Shown: one piece after another, positions 20,194 to 31,838 of the stretch
How the letters are laid out: each line of letters begins with the position of its first letter
How positions within the stretch are numbered: the stretch's first letter is position 1
NCBI GenBank assembly: GCA_001830425.1
Contig: MIAA01000016.1
Location: 236,015 to 300,014 of the forward strand
Reading direction: 5' to 3'
DNA: 64,000 nucleotides
Origin: Rhodospirillales bacterium RIFCSPLOWO2_02_FULL_58_16
GTDB lineage: Bacteria > Pseudomonadota > Alphaproteobacteria > Rhodospirillales > 2-02-FULL-58-16
Translations under genes and position numbers: made by a program
Notes under the pieces: generated by a model
Database searches by the model: none
What the model was told of the DNA's origin: nothing
What the model saw: the letters and a program-made list of their open reading frames with translations, nothing else

Positions 20194-21066
20194 GTGAGTA
20201 AACCATCCGATGATCCGGTGACGCCGGGGCTGTATCTGATCGCCACCCCTATCGGCAACGCGGGGGACATCACGTTGAGGGCGCTTCATGTCCTGAAAAA
20301 TGCCGATGTCATCGTTTGCGAGGACAGCAGGGTGACCTCCCGGCTGTTGGCCATTTACGGCATTTCCAAACCTCTCAAGCCCTACCACGAGCACAACGCG
20401 GACAGGGTAAGGCCTGTAATCATCAAGTTGCTGAAAGACGGCAAAAAGGCGGCGCTGGTGTCGGATGCCGGAACGCCGCTGATCTCCGATCCGGGTTATG
20501 ATCTCCTCAGGGCCTGTATCGATGAAGGGCTGCCGGTCACCACCCTGCCCGGTCCATCGGCGCCGCTGGCGGCGCTGGTGCTTTCGGGCCTGCCTGCGGA
20601 TCGTTTCCTGTTTGCCGGGTTTCCGCCGTCGCGGGCGACGGGGCGGCGCAAGGTCTATGCCGAATTGGCCGTTATCCCGGCCACTTTGATATTCATGGAA
20701 TCGCCCAAAAGGCTGGCGGCGGCGCTGGCCGACATGGCGGAAATCCTGGGACCGCGCCAAGCGGCGGTAGGCCGCGAACTGACCAAGATGTTTGAAGAGG
20801 TGCGACGCGGCGCGTTGGCCGAACTGGCCGCCTATTACCAGACCAAGGGTCCGCCCAAGGGCGAGATAACGGTGGTGGTGGCGCCGCCGTCGTCCGTCGG
20901 CGTGATAATTGATGATGACGAGCTTGACCGCCGATTACTTGCCGCCCTTGACGGCCATTCCGTGCGCGATGCGGCGGCGAAGGTGGCCGCCGCTGCTAAT
21001 CTGCCCCGACGCCGGGTCTACGCCCGCGCCCTCCTCCTCAACAAAAAAATTAATGCGCGGGCCTGA
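20194..21066 (+). CDS. rsmI: 16S rRNA (cytidine1402-2'-O)-methyltransferase
   Basis: 'GLYLIATPIGNAGDITLRAL..L...D.I.CEDSR' is the RsmI N-terminus. The start is ambiguous between the in-frame GTG at 20194 (chosen) and the ATG at 20122, which would overlap the divergent gene. The ORF is open from 19861. Confidence 0.88.
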   Translation: MSKPSDDPVTPGLYLIATPIGNAGDITLRALHVLKNADVIVCEDSRVTSRLLAIYGISKPLKPYHEHNADRVRPVIIKLLKDGKKAALVSDAGTPLISDPGYDLLRACIDEGLPVTTLPGPSAPLAALVLSGLPADRFLFAGFPPSRATGRRKVYAELAVIPATLIFMESPKRLAAALADMAEILGPRQAAVGRELTKMFEEVRRGALAELAAYYQTKGPPKGEITVVVAPPSSVGVIIDDDELDRRLLAALDGHSVRDAAAKVAAAANLPRRRVYARALLLNKKINARA

Positions 21067-21424
21067 GCAGAAGCGGCGCGCCTGGCGCTACGGCCGATTC
21101 GCCGAAACTCTTTGCGTTTGGAGCTTGAGGCTCAGAGGCTATCGCATCCTGGAGCGGGACTTTCGCGTTCACGCCGGCGAGATCGACATCATCGCCCGTC
21201 GCGGCCGCATCATCGCCATGATCGAGGTCAAGGCCCGCCGTGACATGGGAGAGGCGGCGCACGCGCTGGGACTGCGTCAGCGCCGACGCATCGCCGCCGC
21301 CGCCGGGGCCTTCCTTCGATCACGCCCGGAATATGCCGGCCTTGACGCGCGCTTTGACGTTATGCTGGTAAGCCCCGGACGGCTGCCGACCCATCTGACC
21401 GGCGCCTGGATATGCGGCGATTAG
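21053..21424 (+). CDS. YraN family protein (UPF0102, predicted endonuclease)
   Basis: 'GE.DIIA......I..EVKAR' motif. It follows rsmI. I chose the ATG at 21053. Confidence 0.85.
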   Translation: MRGPEQKRRAWRYGRFAETLCVWSLRLRGYRILERDFRVHAGEIDIIARRGRIIAMIEVKARRDMGEAAHALGLRQRRRIAAAAGAFLRSRPEYAGLDARFDVMLVSPGRLPTHLTGAWICGD

Positions 21425-21477
21425 GATTTGATTAGGGTGTATTATGAAATAACTACGCTGAACCTGATTTCCAAAGG

Positions 21478-22077
21478 ATGTTTCAAATGATTCGAACGCA
21501 TCGTCAATTTTTGTTGCCGGCCGTGGGGCTGCTTGCCGTAGCGACTATGTTCGGCGGGTGTGCCGGAACCGGGGCCGGGGCCGGGGCCGGCGTTGTCGCT
21601 TATCAGGAGCGCGGCATCGAGGTCGCCGCCGATGACCTTAAACTTGAAATGAAAATTATTGAGCTGTGGCTGAATCACGATAACTCCCTGCCGATCAAGG
21701 TCAGCACCGAACTCTACGAAGGCCGCGCCTTGCTGACCGGAATCGTCGATAAGCCCGAAATGCGCGCCGACGCCGTGCGCCTCGCCTGGAAAGTGCATGG
21801 CGTCAAGGACGTCATCAATGAAATCCAGGTAAAAGATGACAATACCTTCATGGATATGGCCCGCGATTCGTGGATCACCACCAAGCTGAAATCCAAACTG
21901 ACCGTGGATAAATATGTCATGGCCGTTAATTACGCTATCGAAACGGTCGGCGGCGTCGTTTATATGATCGGCATCGCCCAGAACAAGGAGGAACTTGACC
22001 GGGTGATCTCCCATGCCCGCAATATCGAATATGTGCGCAAGGTGGTCAGTCATGTGCGCCTGAAAGACAAGGCATGA
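21478..22077 (+). CDS. BON-domain lipoprotein (OsmY/DolP-like)
   Basis: Lipobox FGGC and two BON-like repeats (...V.V....G.V.L.G.V....). Confidence 0.85.
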   Translation: MFQMIRTHRQFLLPAVGLLAVATMFGGCAGTGAGAGAGVVAYQERGIEVAADDLKLEMKIIELWLNHDNSLPIKVSTELYEGRALLTGIVDKPEMRADAVRLAWKVHGVKDVINEIQVKDDNTFMDMARDSWITTKLKSKLTVDKYVMAVNYAIETVGGVVYMIGIAQNKEELDRVISHARNIEYVRKVVSHVRLKDKA

Positions 22078-22913
22078 GGCTGCCTGCCGACATTCACGCC
22101 AGGCTGATGCGGCTCGGCGGGCTGCCGGACGAGCAGATAAATCCGGCGGAGACGGCCCTTGTTCTGGCGTCGATTGAGCGGCCCGGAATGGCGATTGACC
22201 CGTATCTCCGCCACCTGGAACGGTTAAGCGATGAAGTCCGCGTTTATGTCGACGCCGGCGGCGGGGCGGCGGGGCTTGATCAGGCCGTCGAGGCTTTGTG
22301 TCAGGTTATCGCCAGACGCTACGGCTACAAGGGCGCTGAAACCTCTTACGAGGACCCCGATAACACCAACCTGATGCGGGTAATTGACCGGCGGGTCGGC
22401 GCCCCGGTAGCTCTGGGAATTATTTATATTCACGTTGCGCGCGCCCTTGGGTGGACGATTTCGGGACTCGATTTTCCCGCCCGTTTCATGGTGCGCCTGG
22501 AAGACGAGGGCCGGCGCGTCATCCTTGATCCTTTTGACGGCGGCCGCGTCGTGACGCCTAAAGACATGCGCGATCTTTCCAAGGCGGTCATCGGCAACCA
22601 GGCCGAATTAACCCCCAACCATTACCGACCCCTGGGTAACCGTGGGGTTTTGTTGCGCCTTCAAAATCATATAAAATTTCGCCTGATTCGTTCCGAGCGG
22701 CCGGAAGACGCTCTTGACGCCATCGAGACCATGCTGCTTTTCGCTCCGGCGACGCCGTCGTTGTGGCGCGAGGCGGGCATGCTCAACGCCCGCCTTGATA
22801 AAATAAAAGAGGCGGTGGCGGCGCTGGAAGAGTATTTACGCCGCAACACCGGCGATTCGGCCAGATATCGCACGTCCGTTTTTTTGCAGGAACTGCGGGG
22901 CCGTCTGGTCTAG
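22074..22913 (+). CDS. SirB1-like transglutaminase/TPR-fold protein
   Basis: 279 aa. The N-terminal '[11 protein letters not shown]...P......YL.HL' region and C-terminal TPR-like helices match the SirB1/YchA family. ATGA overlap with the upstream gene. Confidence 0.72.
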   Translation: MRLPADIHARLMRLGGLPDEQINPAETALVLASIERPGMAIDPYLRHLERLSDEVRVYVDAGGGAAGLDQAVEALCQVIARRYGYKGAETSYEDPDNTNLMRVIDRRVGAPVALGIIYIHVARALGWTISGLDFPARFMVRLEDEGRRVILDPFDGGRVVTPKDMRDLSKAVIGNQAELTPNHYRPLGNRGVLLRLQNHIKFRLIRSERPEDALDAIETMLLFAPATPSLWREAGMLNARLDKIKEAVAALEEYLRRNTGDSARYRTSVFLQELRGRLV

Positions 22914-22938
22914 ACGTTATTATAAAAGGAACGGCGGC

Positions 22939-23880
22939 ATGGGCCTGCGAGTAGCCATTCAGATGGACCCCATCGAGAGCATCAACATCGATGCCGACAG
23001 CACTTTTGTCCTGGCGCTGGAGGCGCAACGGCGGGGACATGTCCTTTACCATTACCTGCCCGACGGTCTTGCCTTTACCCAGGGAAAGGTTTTGGCGCGG
23101 GCGCGCTCCCTCAAGGTGCGTCGTTCCAAGGGGGACCACTTTTCGCTGGGGCCTGCCCAAACCGTCGATCTTAAAGATTTCGACATTGTGCTGATGCGTC
23201 AGGACCCGCCTTTTGACATGGCTTACATCACCGCCACCCACCTGCTGGAGCATATCCATCCCAAGACTCTGGTGGTCAATGATCCGGCCGAGGTCCGCAA
23301 TGCGCCGGAGAAGCTTTTTGTCACGCAATTTCCGGACCTGATGCCGCCGACCCTGATCGCTTCGGATCGGGAGCGCATCGCCGCTTTCCGGGACGAACAC
23401 AAGGATATTATCGTCAAGCCCTTGTTCGGCAACGGCGGCGCCGGTGTCTTTCACATTCCGCCGGGGGATGAGAATCTGAATTCACTGCTGGAGATGTTCA
23501 CCAGATTCTACCGCGAGCCGGTCATCGTCCAGGCCTACCTGCCGGAGGTGCGCGCCGGCGACAAGCGCATCATCCTTATCGACGGCGAGGCGGCGGGCGC
23601 CATCAATCGCGTGCCGTCGGCGGGCGAGGCCCGCGCCAACATGCACGCGGGGGCCACGCCCTTCAAGGCGGAGCTGACTGCGCGGGACCGTGAAATATGC
23701 GAAGCTATCGGACCAAGCCTCAAGGAGCGCGGATTGATCTTTGCCGGCGTCGACGTTATCGGCGGCTGCCTCACCGAGATCAACGTCACCTCTCCCACCG
23801 GACTTCAGGAAATCAATCGCTTCGACGGCGTCTGCCTTGAAGCCCGCATCTGGGACGCTATCGAGGATCGGCGCGGCTGA
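22939..23880 (+). CDS. gshB: glutathione synthetase
   Basis: 313-aa prokaryotic GSH synthetase ATP-grasp pattern ([10 protein letters not shown]...T..LE, GDKRI.LI.G). Confidence 0.96.
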   Translation: MGLRVAIQMDPIESINIDADSTFVLALEAQRRGHVLYHYLPDGLAFTQGKVLARARSLKVRRSKGDHFSLGPAQTVDLKDFDIVLMRQDPPFDMAYITATHLLEHIHPKTLVVNDPAEVRNAPEKLFVTQFPDLMPPTLIASDRERIAAFRDEHKDIIVKPLFGNGGAGVFHIPPGDENLNSLLEMFTRFYREPVIVQAYLPEVRAGDKRIILIDGEAAGAINRVPSAGEARANMHAGATPFKAELTARDREICEAIGPSLKERGLIFAGVDVIGGCLTEINVTSPTGLQEINRFDGVCLEARIWDAIEDRRG

Positions 23881-23895
23881 ATATCTGTAATTCGA

Positions 23896-24180
23896 CTATC
23901 CCTTGGGGAGAACCTTTTTCCATGGACGGATGGCGACGGTTTCAAACAATCCGGCCTTGTTGTAGGGATCGTTCGCGGCAAAAGCCTCGGCGGCGGCGCG
24001 GTCGGCGAATTCGATGATCAGGACGCTGCCGGTCATGCCTTGGCCGTCATCGGTCAGGGTCGGCCCGGCCCCGAAAATCCGGTCGTTGAAAGCGTTCAGA
24101 TATTCCAGGTGGGCCGGACGCACGGCGGCGCGCACTTGTTGGTGGTCCGGCTTGTCGGCGCAGCAGAAAACGAACAGCAT
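23896..24180 (-). CDS. YciI family protein
   Basis: 94 aa, with the 'R....HL..L......GP' pattern of the YciI-like fold. Confidence 0.82.
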   Translation of the reverse strand: MLFVFCCADKPDHQQVRAAVRPAHLEYLNAFNDRIFGAGPTLTDDGQGMTGSVLIIEFADRAAAEAFAANDPYNKAGLFETVAIRPWKKVLPKG

Positions 24181-24191
24181 GGAGACTTCCT

Positions 24192-25178
24192 TTATTCATT
24201 TCCGGGGGGGCGGGCCAGCAGCCCGGCGATGGTCAGGTCGATGTCCAGTCCGCCGTGAAGGATGCCGTCAACAGCCAGACAGATCGGCATGTCGATGCTC
24301 ATGCTCCGCGCCAGACTGCTCACCGACGAAGCGGTAGCCACGCCCTCGGCCACCGAGCGGCGACGGCTCAGGATATCTTTCAGGCGCTCGCCCTTGCCCA
24401 AGGCCGCGCCGAGCGAGAAGTTGCGCGACTGCATGGCGGTGCAGGTCAGAATCAGATCGCCGAGGCCGCTCAGTCCCATCAGGGTCTCCGCCTTGCCGCC
24501 CTTGGCGGCGCTGAGTCGCGCAATCTCGGCCAGTCCCCTGGTGATCAGGGCGGCGCGGGCGTTGTCGCCCAGGCCCCGTCCTTCGACAATGCCGCTTGCT
24601 ATGGCCAATACGTTCTTGACGGCGCCGCCGATCTGGGCGCCGATGACGTCATCGCTTCCGTAGATGCGGAAGCGGGGGGAGCCGACGGCTTCGGCGATGT
24701 CGGCGGCCAGTTTTGCGTCGGCGCAGGCCAGGGTCACGGCCGTCGGCAATCCGCAGGCCACCTCGGCGGCGAAGGTCGGCCCGGAAAGAACGGCGACCGG
24801 AGTTCGGGGCAGAATCTGATTGACGATCTCGCCGGGCAAGGCGTTGCTTTGCCGCTCGATGCCCTTGGCGCAGATGACGACCGGAAGGCCTTCCCCGATG
24901 ACGGCGGCGAGTCTGACGCAGGCGGCGCGCAGGAATTGGGCGGGAACCGCCAGCATCAGGGCGTCGGCGTCAACCGCTGCGGCCATATCGGCGGTGGCGG
25001 CAATCTTTCGGTCAAGGGCGACGCCGGGAAGATAGGAGATGTTCTCGTGGTCGCCGTTGATGGCGGCAACGACTTCGGGTTCAAAGGCCCAGATTATCGC
25101 CTCCCGTCCGGCTCGCCGGGCCACCATGGCTAACGCCGTTCCCCATGCTCCCGCGCCGATAATGCCTATTTTTTTCAT
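24192..25178 (-). CDS. gpsA: NAD(P)H-dependent glycerol-3-phosphate dehydrogenase
   Basis: 'IGIIGAGAWGTALA' Rossmann motif and 'GA.KNV.AIA.G'. Confidence 0.95.
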   Translation of the reverse strand: MKKIGIIGAGAWGTALAMVARRAGREAIIWAFEPEVVAAINGDHENISYLPGVALDRKIAATADMAAAVDADALMLAVPAQFLRAACVRLAAVIGEGLPVVICAKGIERQSNALPGEIVNQILPRTPVAVLSGPTFAAEVACGLPTAVTLACADAKLAADIAEAVGSPRFRIYGSDDVIGAQIGGAVKNVLAIASGIVEGRGLGDNARAALITRGLAEIARLSAAKGGKAETLMGLSGLGDLILTCTAMQSRNFSLGAALGKGERLKDILSRRRSVAEGVATASSVSSLARSMSIDMPICLAVDGILHGGLDIDLTIAGLLARPPGNE

Positions 25179-25216
25179 CGTTCAGTTATGCCCCGATTGA
25201 GATTGGGGGACAAGAG

Positions 25217-27284
<2,068 letters not shown>

Positions 27285-28007
27285 TTGCGCGTTTTGGTTA
27301 CCCGCCCCGAAGAAGACTCAGACCGGTTGGCGGTCTGCCTCGGCGCTATCGGCGTCGAGGTTTTGCCGGAGCCTCTTTTATCTATTGATTACCTGGACGG
27401 TCCGATGCTGAATCTGGACGGCGTACAGGCGTTGCTGGTGACCAGCGCCAACGGGATACGAGCCTTGGCGCGACGTTCGACGGCGAGGGGGACGCCGGTC
27501 TATGCCGTCGGCGACGCTTCCGCCGGGGCGGCGCGTGATGTAGGCTTTACGGACGTCGCCAGCGCCTCCGGCGATGTCGGGGCGCTGGCCGAACTGGCGG
27601 CGGCGCGTCTTGACATAAACGGCGGGAGTTTGTTGCATGTTGCCGGTTCCACGGTCGCCGGCGACCTTAAGGGGATGGTGGAGAAACACGGGTTCGCCTA
27701 TCGCCGCGAGGTTCTGTACGAGGCCCGCAAGGCCGAAAGGTTTTCCGATGAAACGATGCTGGCCCTGAAGGATGGCGCCGTGGACGGGGTAATGTTCTTT
27801 TCGCCGCGCACCGCCGCCGCCTTCGTTGCGCTGGCGCGTACGGCTGGTTTGACTGAAGCCTGCCGGGGCATAATCGCCTTTTGTCTCAGCCCCGCCGTCG
27901 CCGACAAGCTTAAAGATATTGCCTGGCGGGACGTGCGTTCGGCGGCGCGCCCCGAACAGGCGGCTCTTTTGGCAGTCGTCAGCGACGTTATTAAAGAAGG
28001 TTTTTGA
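27285..28007 (+). CDS. hemD: uroporphyrinogen-III synthase
   Basis: TTG start directly after the hemC stop. The 'VLVTRP' N-terminus matches the HemD fold pattern. Confidence 0.85.
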   Translation: MRVLVTRPEEDSDRLAVCLGAIGVEVLPEPLLSIDYLDGPMLNLDGVQALLVTSANGIRALARRSTARGTPVYAVGDASAGAARDVGFTDVASASGDVGALAELAAARLDINGGSLLHVAGSTVAGDLKGMVEKHGFAYRREVLYEARKAERFSDETMLALKDGAVDGVMFFSPRTAAAFVALARTAGLTEACRGIIAFCLSPAVADKLKDIAWRDVRSAARPEQAALLAVVSDVIKEGF

Positions 28008-28063
28008 CATACCGGGCGTTTCTTGTTCTTCTTTGCCTGGGAAGAGAGGATATAGTTGGAGTC

Positions 28064-29311
28064 ATGAAAAATCCCGAACAAAAGAAAAGCCCGTCGGCGC
28101 GGCGCGATGATGATGAACTACAAGCGGCGGCGAAGGAGGCTTTTGCCGAAGAATCCGCCTCGCCGACCACGGATGAGCCGGGGCCTGATTCCGTTCCCGT
28201 CGTTGATGACGCCTCCTCGCCGGTCAAAAAATCACGCGGCGTTTCCGGGGTTCTGATAATGGTTGCCGCATCGGCGGTTGTCGGCGCCGCCGGTTATCTG
28301 ACGTGGCCCAGATGGTCTCCGATTATTGCCTCCTATCTGCCCGACCCGCGCGTTGACGGCGTGGACAACCGATTGAAAACCCTGGAAGAGCAGACAAAAG
28401 TCCGTCTCGACACCGATCAGGAAATCAAGGGAATGGAGGCGGAACGGACCCGCTTGCGCGGACAGGTGGAGGCCTTGATTCAGCAGGTTGATTCACTCGA
28501 TCAGGCCTTCAGGTCGGTAAGAAAGGTGGCCGAGGCCACGGCGCTGTCGGCGGAAACGGCGGATGCCGAGGCCTCTTTGAAGCAGCTTTCGCAGCGTTTT
28601 GCCAAGCTGGAGGAACGCGACGAGGCGATGGGCGGTCTGCTGGACCGGATCGGCAAGCTGGAACAAGAGAGGCTTATCGCCAAGGGCGATTCTTCTTCGG
28701 GTGAGAATGATATCGCCGAGATTTCCAAACGCATCGGCGCCCTGGAGGCGGCCAAGGACACGGCGCCGCCGTCGGCGTTGCCGGCGGGGTCTCAGGCGGT
28801 ATTGCTTGCGGTGAACCGGTTGCATGATGACTTGCGCGGCGCCGCTCCGTATGCGGAAAGCCTGGAAGCCCTTAAAGCCGCAGCCGAAGGCGACCAGGGC
28901 GTCATGACGGTCATTTCCGTTCTTGATCCTCTCGCCGCCGTCGGTATCCCGACCCAGGCCGCCCTGCGTGATCGGTTCGACGCCATGGCGGTCAAGGTCG
29001 CCAACTCTTTCATGGCCGTAGAAGGCGACGGCTGGGTCGCCAAGACCATCACCCGGTTGACCTCTTTAGTCAGCGTGCGTCGCATCGGAGCCGATGCCGG
29101 CGCCGCCGACGCCGCTCTTGCCGCCGCCGAAACCGGTCTTAAGTCCGGCGATTTGCCGGCGGCAGTCAAGGCGCTTGAGAATCTTGCCGGTTCACAAGCC
29201 GTTATCGCAGAGCCATGGCTGAAGGATGCGCGGGCGCGGCTGACGGCTGAACGGGCGATGACCACGCTGCATGTTCTCGCCGCATCTCCCCTGTCTCCCG
29301 CGAAAGAGTAG
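28064..29311 (+). CDS. Mic60 (mitofilin)-like membrane protein
   Basis: N-terminal TM segment, a long coiled coil, and a C-terminal mitofilin-like segment (...SLVSVRRIG....A..AL..AE..L..GDL..AV..L..L.G.......WL..A..RL.). It occupies the hemC-hemD-X-hemY position described for alphaproteobacterial Mic60. Confidence 0.75.
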   Translation: MKNPEQKKSPSARRDDDELQAAAKEAFAEESASPTTDEPGPDSVPVVDDASSPVKKSRGVSGVLIMVAASAVVGAAGYLTWPRWSPIIASYLPDPRVDGVDNRLKTLEEQTKVRLDTDQEIKGMEAERTRLRGQVEALIQQVDSLDQAFRSVRKVAEATALSAETADAEASLKQLSQRFAKLEERDEAMGGLLDRIGKLEQERLIAKGDSSSGENDIAEISKRIGALEAAKDTAPPSALPAGSQAVLLAVNRLHDDLRGAAPYAESLEALKAAAEGDQGVMTVISVLDPLAAVGIPTQAALRDRFDAMAVKVANSFMAVEGDGWVAKTITRLTSLVSVRRIGADAGAADAALAAAETGLKSGDLPAAVKALENLAGSQAVIAEPWLKDARARLTAERAMTTLHVLAASPLSPAKE

Positions 29312-29316
29312 AACCC

Positions 29317-30672
29317 ATGTTTCGCGCTTTAAGATTTATGGTGGTTATCGGGGCGTTGTCGGTCGTTGCCGCATGGCTGGCCGATAATCCCGGATCGGTG
29401 ACCATGCAATGGCGGGGCTACCGGCTCGACACTTCATTTTCATTGTTGTTGACGGCGATCATCATCATTGCCGTTACGGCGGCGCTTTTTTACCGGTTCT
29501 GGCTTTTTATTTGCCGCTCCCCCGCCGATATCAGCCGTCTGTGGCGCGAGGGACGCCGCCGCAAAGGATATATGGCGTTGACCAGGGGTCTGGTGGCGGT
29601 CGCCGCCGGAGATGTCGAGGAAGCCGGTCGCCAAAGCAAGCGCGCCGAAGCGTTGCTGGAAGACCCGCCGCTGACCATGCTTTTGTCAGCCCAGGCCTCG
29701 CAGCTCGGCGGCGACGAGATGGCGGCCGGGAAGTTTTTCAACGCCATGCGTGAAAAAACGGAGACCGAGTTTTTAGGGCTGCGCGGCCTGTTGACCCAGG
29801 CGATGAGGCGGCGCAATTGGAACGAGGCGCTGCAACTGGCCCAAAGGGCCTACGCGCTCCGTCCGAAAAGCGGCTGGGTGGCGGCGAACCTGTTTGATTT
29901 GCAGGTTCGTTCCGGTCACTGGCAAGACGCCATGGCGACTCTCAAGGACGCCGTTGATAACAAGCTGGTGACGCCGGCGGTCGGCGTTCGCCGCCGCGCC
30001 GTTCTCGAATATCAATTAAGTTTGGCGGCAAGCGGCGCCGGCAATGTCTCGCAGGCTATGAAACATGCGGGCAAGGCCCATGACCTGTCCCGCGAGTTTG
30101 TTCCGGCGTCGATTCGTCTGGCCCGGCTGTATGTGGATGCCGATAAAATGCGCAAGGCGACAGGGGTCATCGAGAGCGCCTGGAAGTTCAATCCCCATCC
30201 CGATCTGGTGGAAATCTACCGGCGGGCGAAGTCCGCCGATGACGCCATGGCCGGGGTGCGCGCCGCCCAAAGTCTGGCCAGGCACAATCCCGGCCATATG
30301 GAAAGCCGCATCGCCGTCGCTGCGGCGGCGCTGGAGGCCGACCTGTGGGGCGAGGCGAGGAAACACCTGACGGAGATAGCGAACATCGACGCGCCGGTCG
30401 GAGTGTGCCGACTGATGGCGGAACTGGAGGAGCGTGAGCACGGCAACCTGACGGGCGCCCGCGAATGGTTGATGCGCGCCTCGACGGCCGAGGCTGACCC
30501 GGCCTGGGTATGCGAGCACTGCGGCAATACGGTGGAGGAATGGAGCGTCCTGTGCGGCAAGTGCGAACAATTCGATCCGTTCTCCTGGCGAACGCCGTCT
30601 CATGTCGCCTGCCTTGCCGCCCAAGCTCCGCCGCCTGCGGCTCTTCCGGCGCTGGAAGGCGAGGCGGATTAA
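29317..30672 (+). CDS. HemY-like N-terminal domain / TPR membrane protein
   Basis: The N-terminus MFRALRFMVVIGALSVVAAWLADNPGSVTMQWRGYRLDTS is typical of this family. C-terminal Cys pairs (CEHCG...CGKC). Confidence 0.85.
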   Translation: MFRALRFMVVIGALSVVAAWLADNPGSVTMQWRGYRLDTSFSLLLTAIIIIAVTAALFYRFWLFICRSPADISRLWREGRRRKGYMALTRGLVAVAAGDVEEAGRQSKRAEALLEDPPLTMLLSAQASQLGGDEMAAGKFFNAMREKTETEFLGLRGLLTQAMRRRNWNEALQLAQRAYALRPKSGWVAANLFDLQVRSGHWQDAMATLKDAVDNKLVTPAVGVRRRAVLEYQLSLAASGAGNVSQAMKHAGKAHDLSREFVPASIRLARLYVDADKMRKATGVIESAWKFNPHPDLVEIYRRAKSADDAMAGVRAAQSLARHNPGHMESRIAVAAAALEADLWGEARKHLTEIANIDAPVGVCRLMAELEEREHGNLTGAREWLMRASTAEADPAWVCEHCGNTVEEWSVLCGKCEQFDPFSWRTPSHVACLAAQAPPPAALPALEGEAD

Positions 30673-30673
30673 T

Positions 30674-30841
30674 ATGATCCTAGAGACGAAGAAAAAGGTA
30701 GATGCCGCCGAACCATCTAAAGAACCCTCAAAGGAGTCCGCCAACGATCAAGACAGTGGTTGTAGCCGCCACGAAGGTCAAAAAACCATCACCAAATCTT
30801 ACCTCGCCAATTGGGACGTCATCTTTGGCAGAAAGCGCTGA
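30674..30841 (+). CDS. hypothetical small lysine-rich protein (weak call)
   Basis: 55-aa ORF (MILETKKKVD...ANWDVIFGRKR) starting 2 nt after the hemY-like stop. Its GC content is visibly lower than the flanks. I recognise no family. Confidence 0.3.
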   Translation: MILETKKKVDAAEPSKEPSKESANDQDSGCSRHEGQKTITKSYLANWDVIFGRKR

Positions 30842-30901
30842 TACAACAAATCGCCCTCCTTTCCCCCCTTATTCACCTTATTATTCATAAACATGCGATC
30901 C

Positions 30902-30930
30902 TTGCAATGTCCGGCATATTGCCGTACACT
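30902..30930 (+). promoter_or_regulatory. candidate promoter of the toxin-antitoxin operon (TTGCAA-17 nt-TACACT) with an embedded palindrome GGCAtatTGCC
   Basis: Read directly from the sequence. The palindrome at 30913-30923 lies in the spacer, where antitoxin operators typically sit. GAGG lies 9 nt upstream of the ATG at 30959. Confidence 0.4.
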
Positions 30931-30958
30931 TTAATGTGGCAGGTTGAGGTAAGCTAAG

Positions 30959-31270
30959 ATGATTTCTTTTACTGACGTGACGACGGCGGTTGACGAGGCC
31001 AAGACCGTACGCATGGAGCAGAGAACAAAACCTCATGTGAAGGCTGAGATTCAAAAGGCCGCCGCATTAATGGGCATTGATGAAACGGCGTTCGTGACCG
31101 GTGCGGCTTATGAGCGGGCGCGCTTGGTCCTTCGAGATCATGAACGCACGGTTTTAACGGTCGAGGATCGGGATGTGTTTCTCGCCGCTCTGGACGCGCC
31201 GGTTGGGCCGAGCGCGGCGATGCGCCAAGCGCTTGACCTTCATCATCGAATGGTTGTTGATGACCAATGA
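30959..31270 (+). CDS. DUF1778-family (TacA-like, RHH) antitoxin
   Basis: 103 aa. The pattern '...R......I..AA...G...T.FV...A...A......' and its pairing with a GNAT toxin 11 nt into its 3' end support the call. Confidence 0.86.
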   Translation: MISFTDVTTAVDEAKTVRMEQRTKPHVKAEIQKAAALMGIDETAFVTGAAYERARLVLRDHERTVLTVEDRDVFLAALDAPVGPSAAMRQALDLHHRMVVDDQ

Positions 31271-31838
31271 CGCCGCCGATGATCTAAAAGTCTCGATTGA
31301 GTCGTTTGATCCGGCGATACATGATCGAACGGCTTTCTCATGTGGCGCCGCCTGGATTGATAATTTTATCAAAAAGACCGCGAAAAAGCATCAAAAAGGT
31401 GATTTCTCGCGGGTTTGGGTCGCGGTTGCTTCAGGCCGGTCGCGCGTACTCGGCTATTACGCGATCAACAGCCATGTAATCGAGGCGGCGGATTTGCCCA
31501 CGGAGTTGACGAAGAACGCCCCGAACCACGGCTTAATTCCAGCCGCCTATCTTTCTTTCCTGGGCATTGAATCGGTCTGCCAAGGCCAAGGCCTTGGGCG
31601 TGTCTTGTTAGTGGACGCCTTGAAACGGATCGTCGGTATATCCGAACAGATGGGGTTGGCGGCCATTGTTCTTGATATTTTGGATGATGGCGACATCAAA
31701 GCGGTCAAGAAGCGTAAGCAATTCTATGTGAAGTTTAATTTTACGTCCTTTCCGTCTCACCCAATGCGAATGTTCCTGCCGATCAAAAACATTCACCATC
31801 TGCGTGAATGGTTGCAATTTCTTTCTTCACAGGCATGA
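31260..31838 (+). CDS. GNAT-family acetyltransferase toxin (TacT/AtaT-like)
   Basis: Starts inside the antitoxin 3' end (ATG 31260, antitoxin stop 31268-31270). 'F.CG....D.F......H.....SR..V' and the GNAT motif 'Q.QGLG..LL.DAL.R' are present. Confidence 0.86.
   Translation: MTNDAADDLKVSIESFDPAIHDRTAFSCGAAWIDNFIKKTAKKHQKGDFSRVWVAVASGRSRVLGYYAINSHVIEAADLPTELTKNAPNHGLIPAAYLSFLGIESVCQGQGLGRVLLVDALKRIVGISEQMGLAAIVLDILDDGDIKAVKKRKQFYVKFNFTSFPSHPMRMFLPIKNIHHLREWLQFLSSQA

Noticed and set aside
21570-21593. (CCGGGG)x3 hexanucleotide repeat inside the BON lipoprotein gene
   Set aside because: There are only three units and they are in-frame. They encode a GAGAGAG linker after the lipobox, so a phase-variation role is unlikely.
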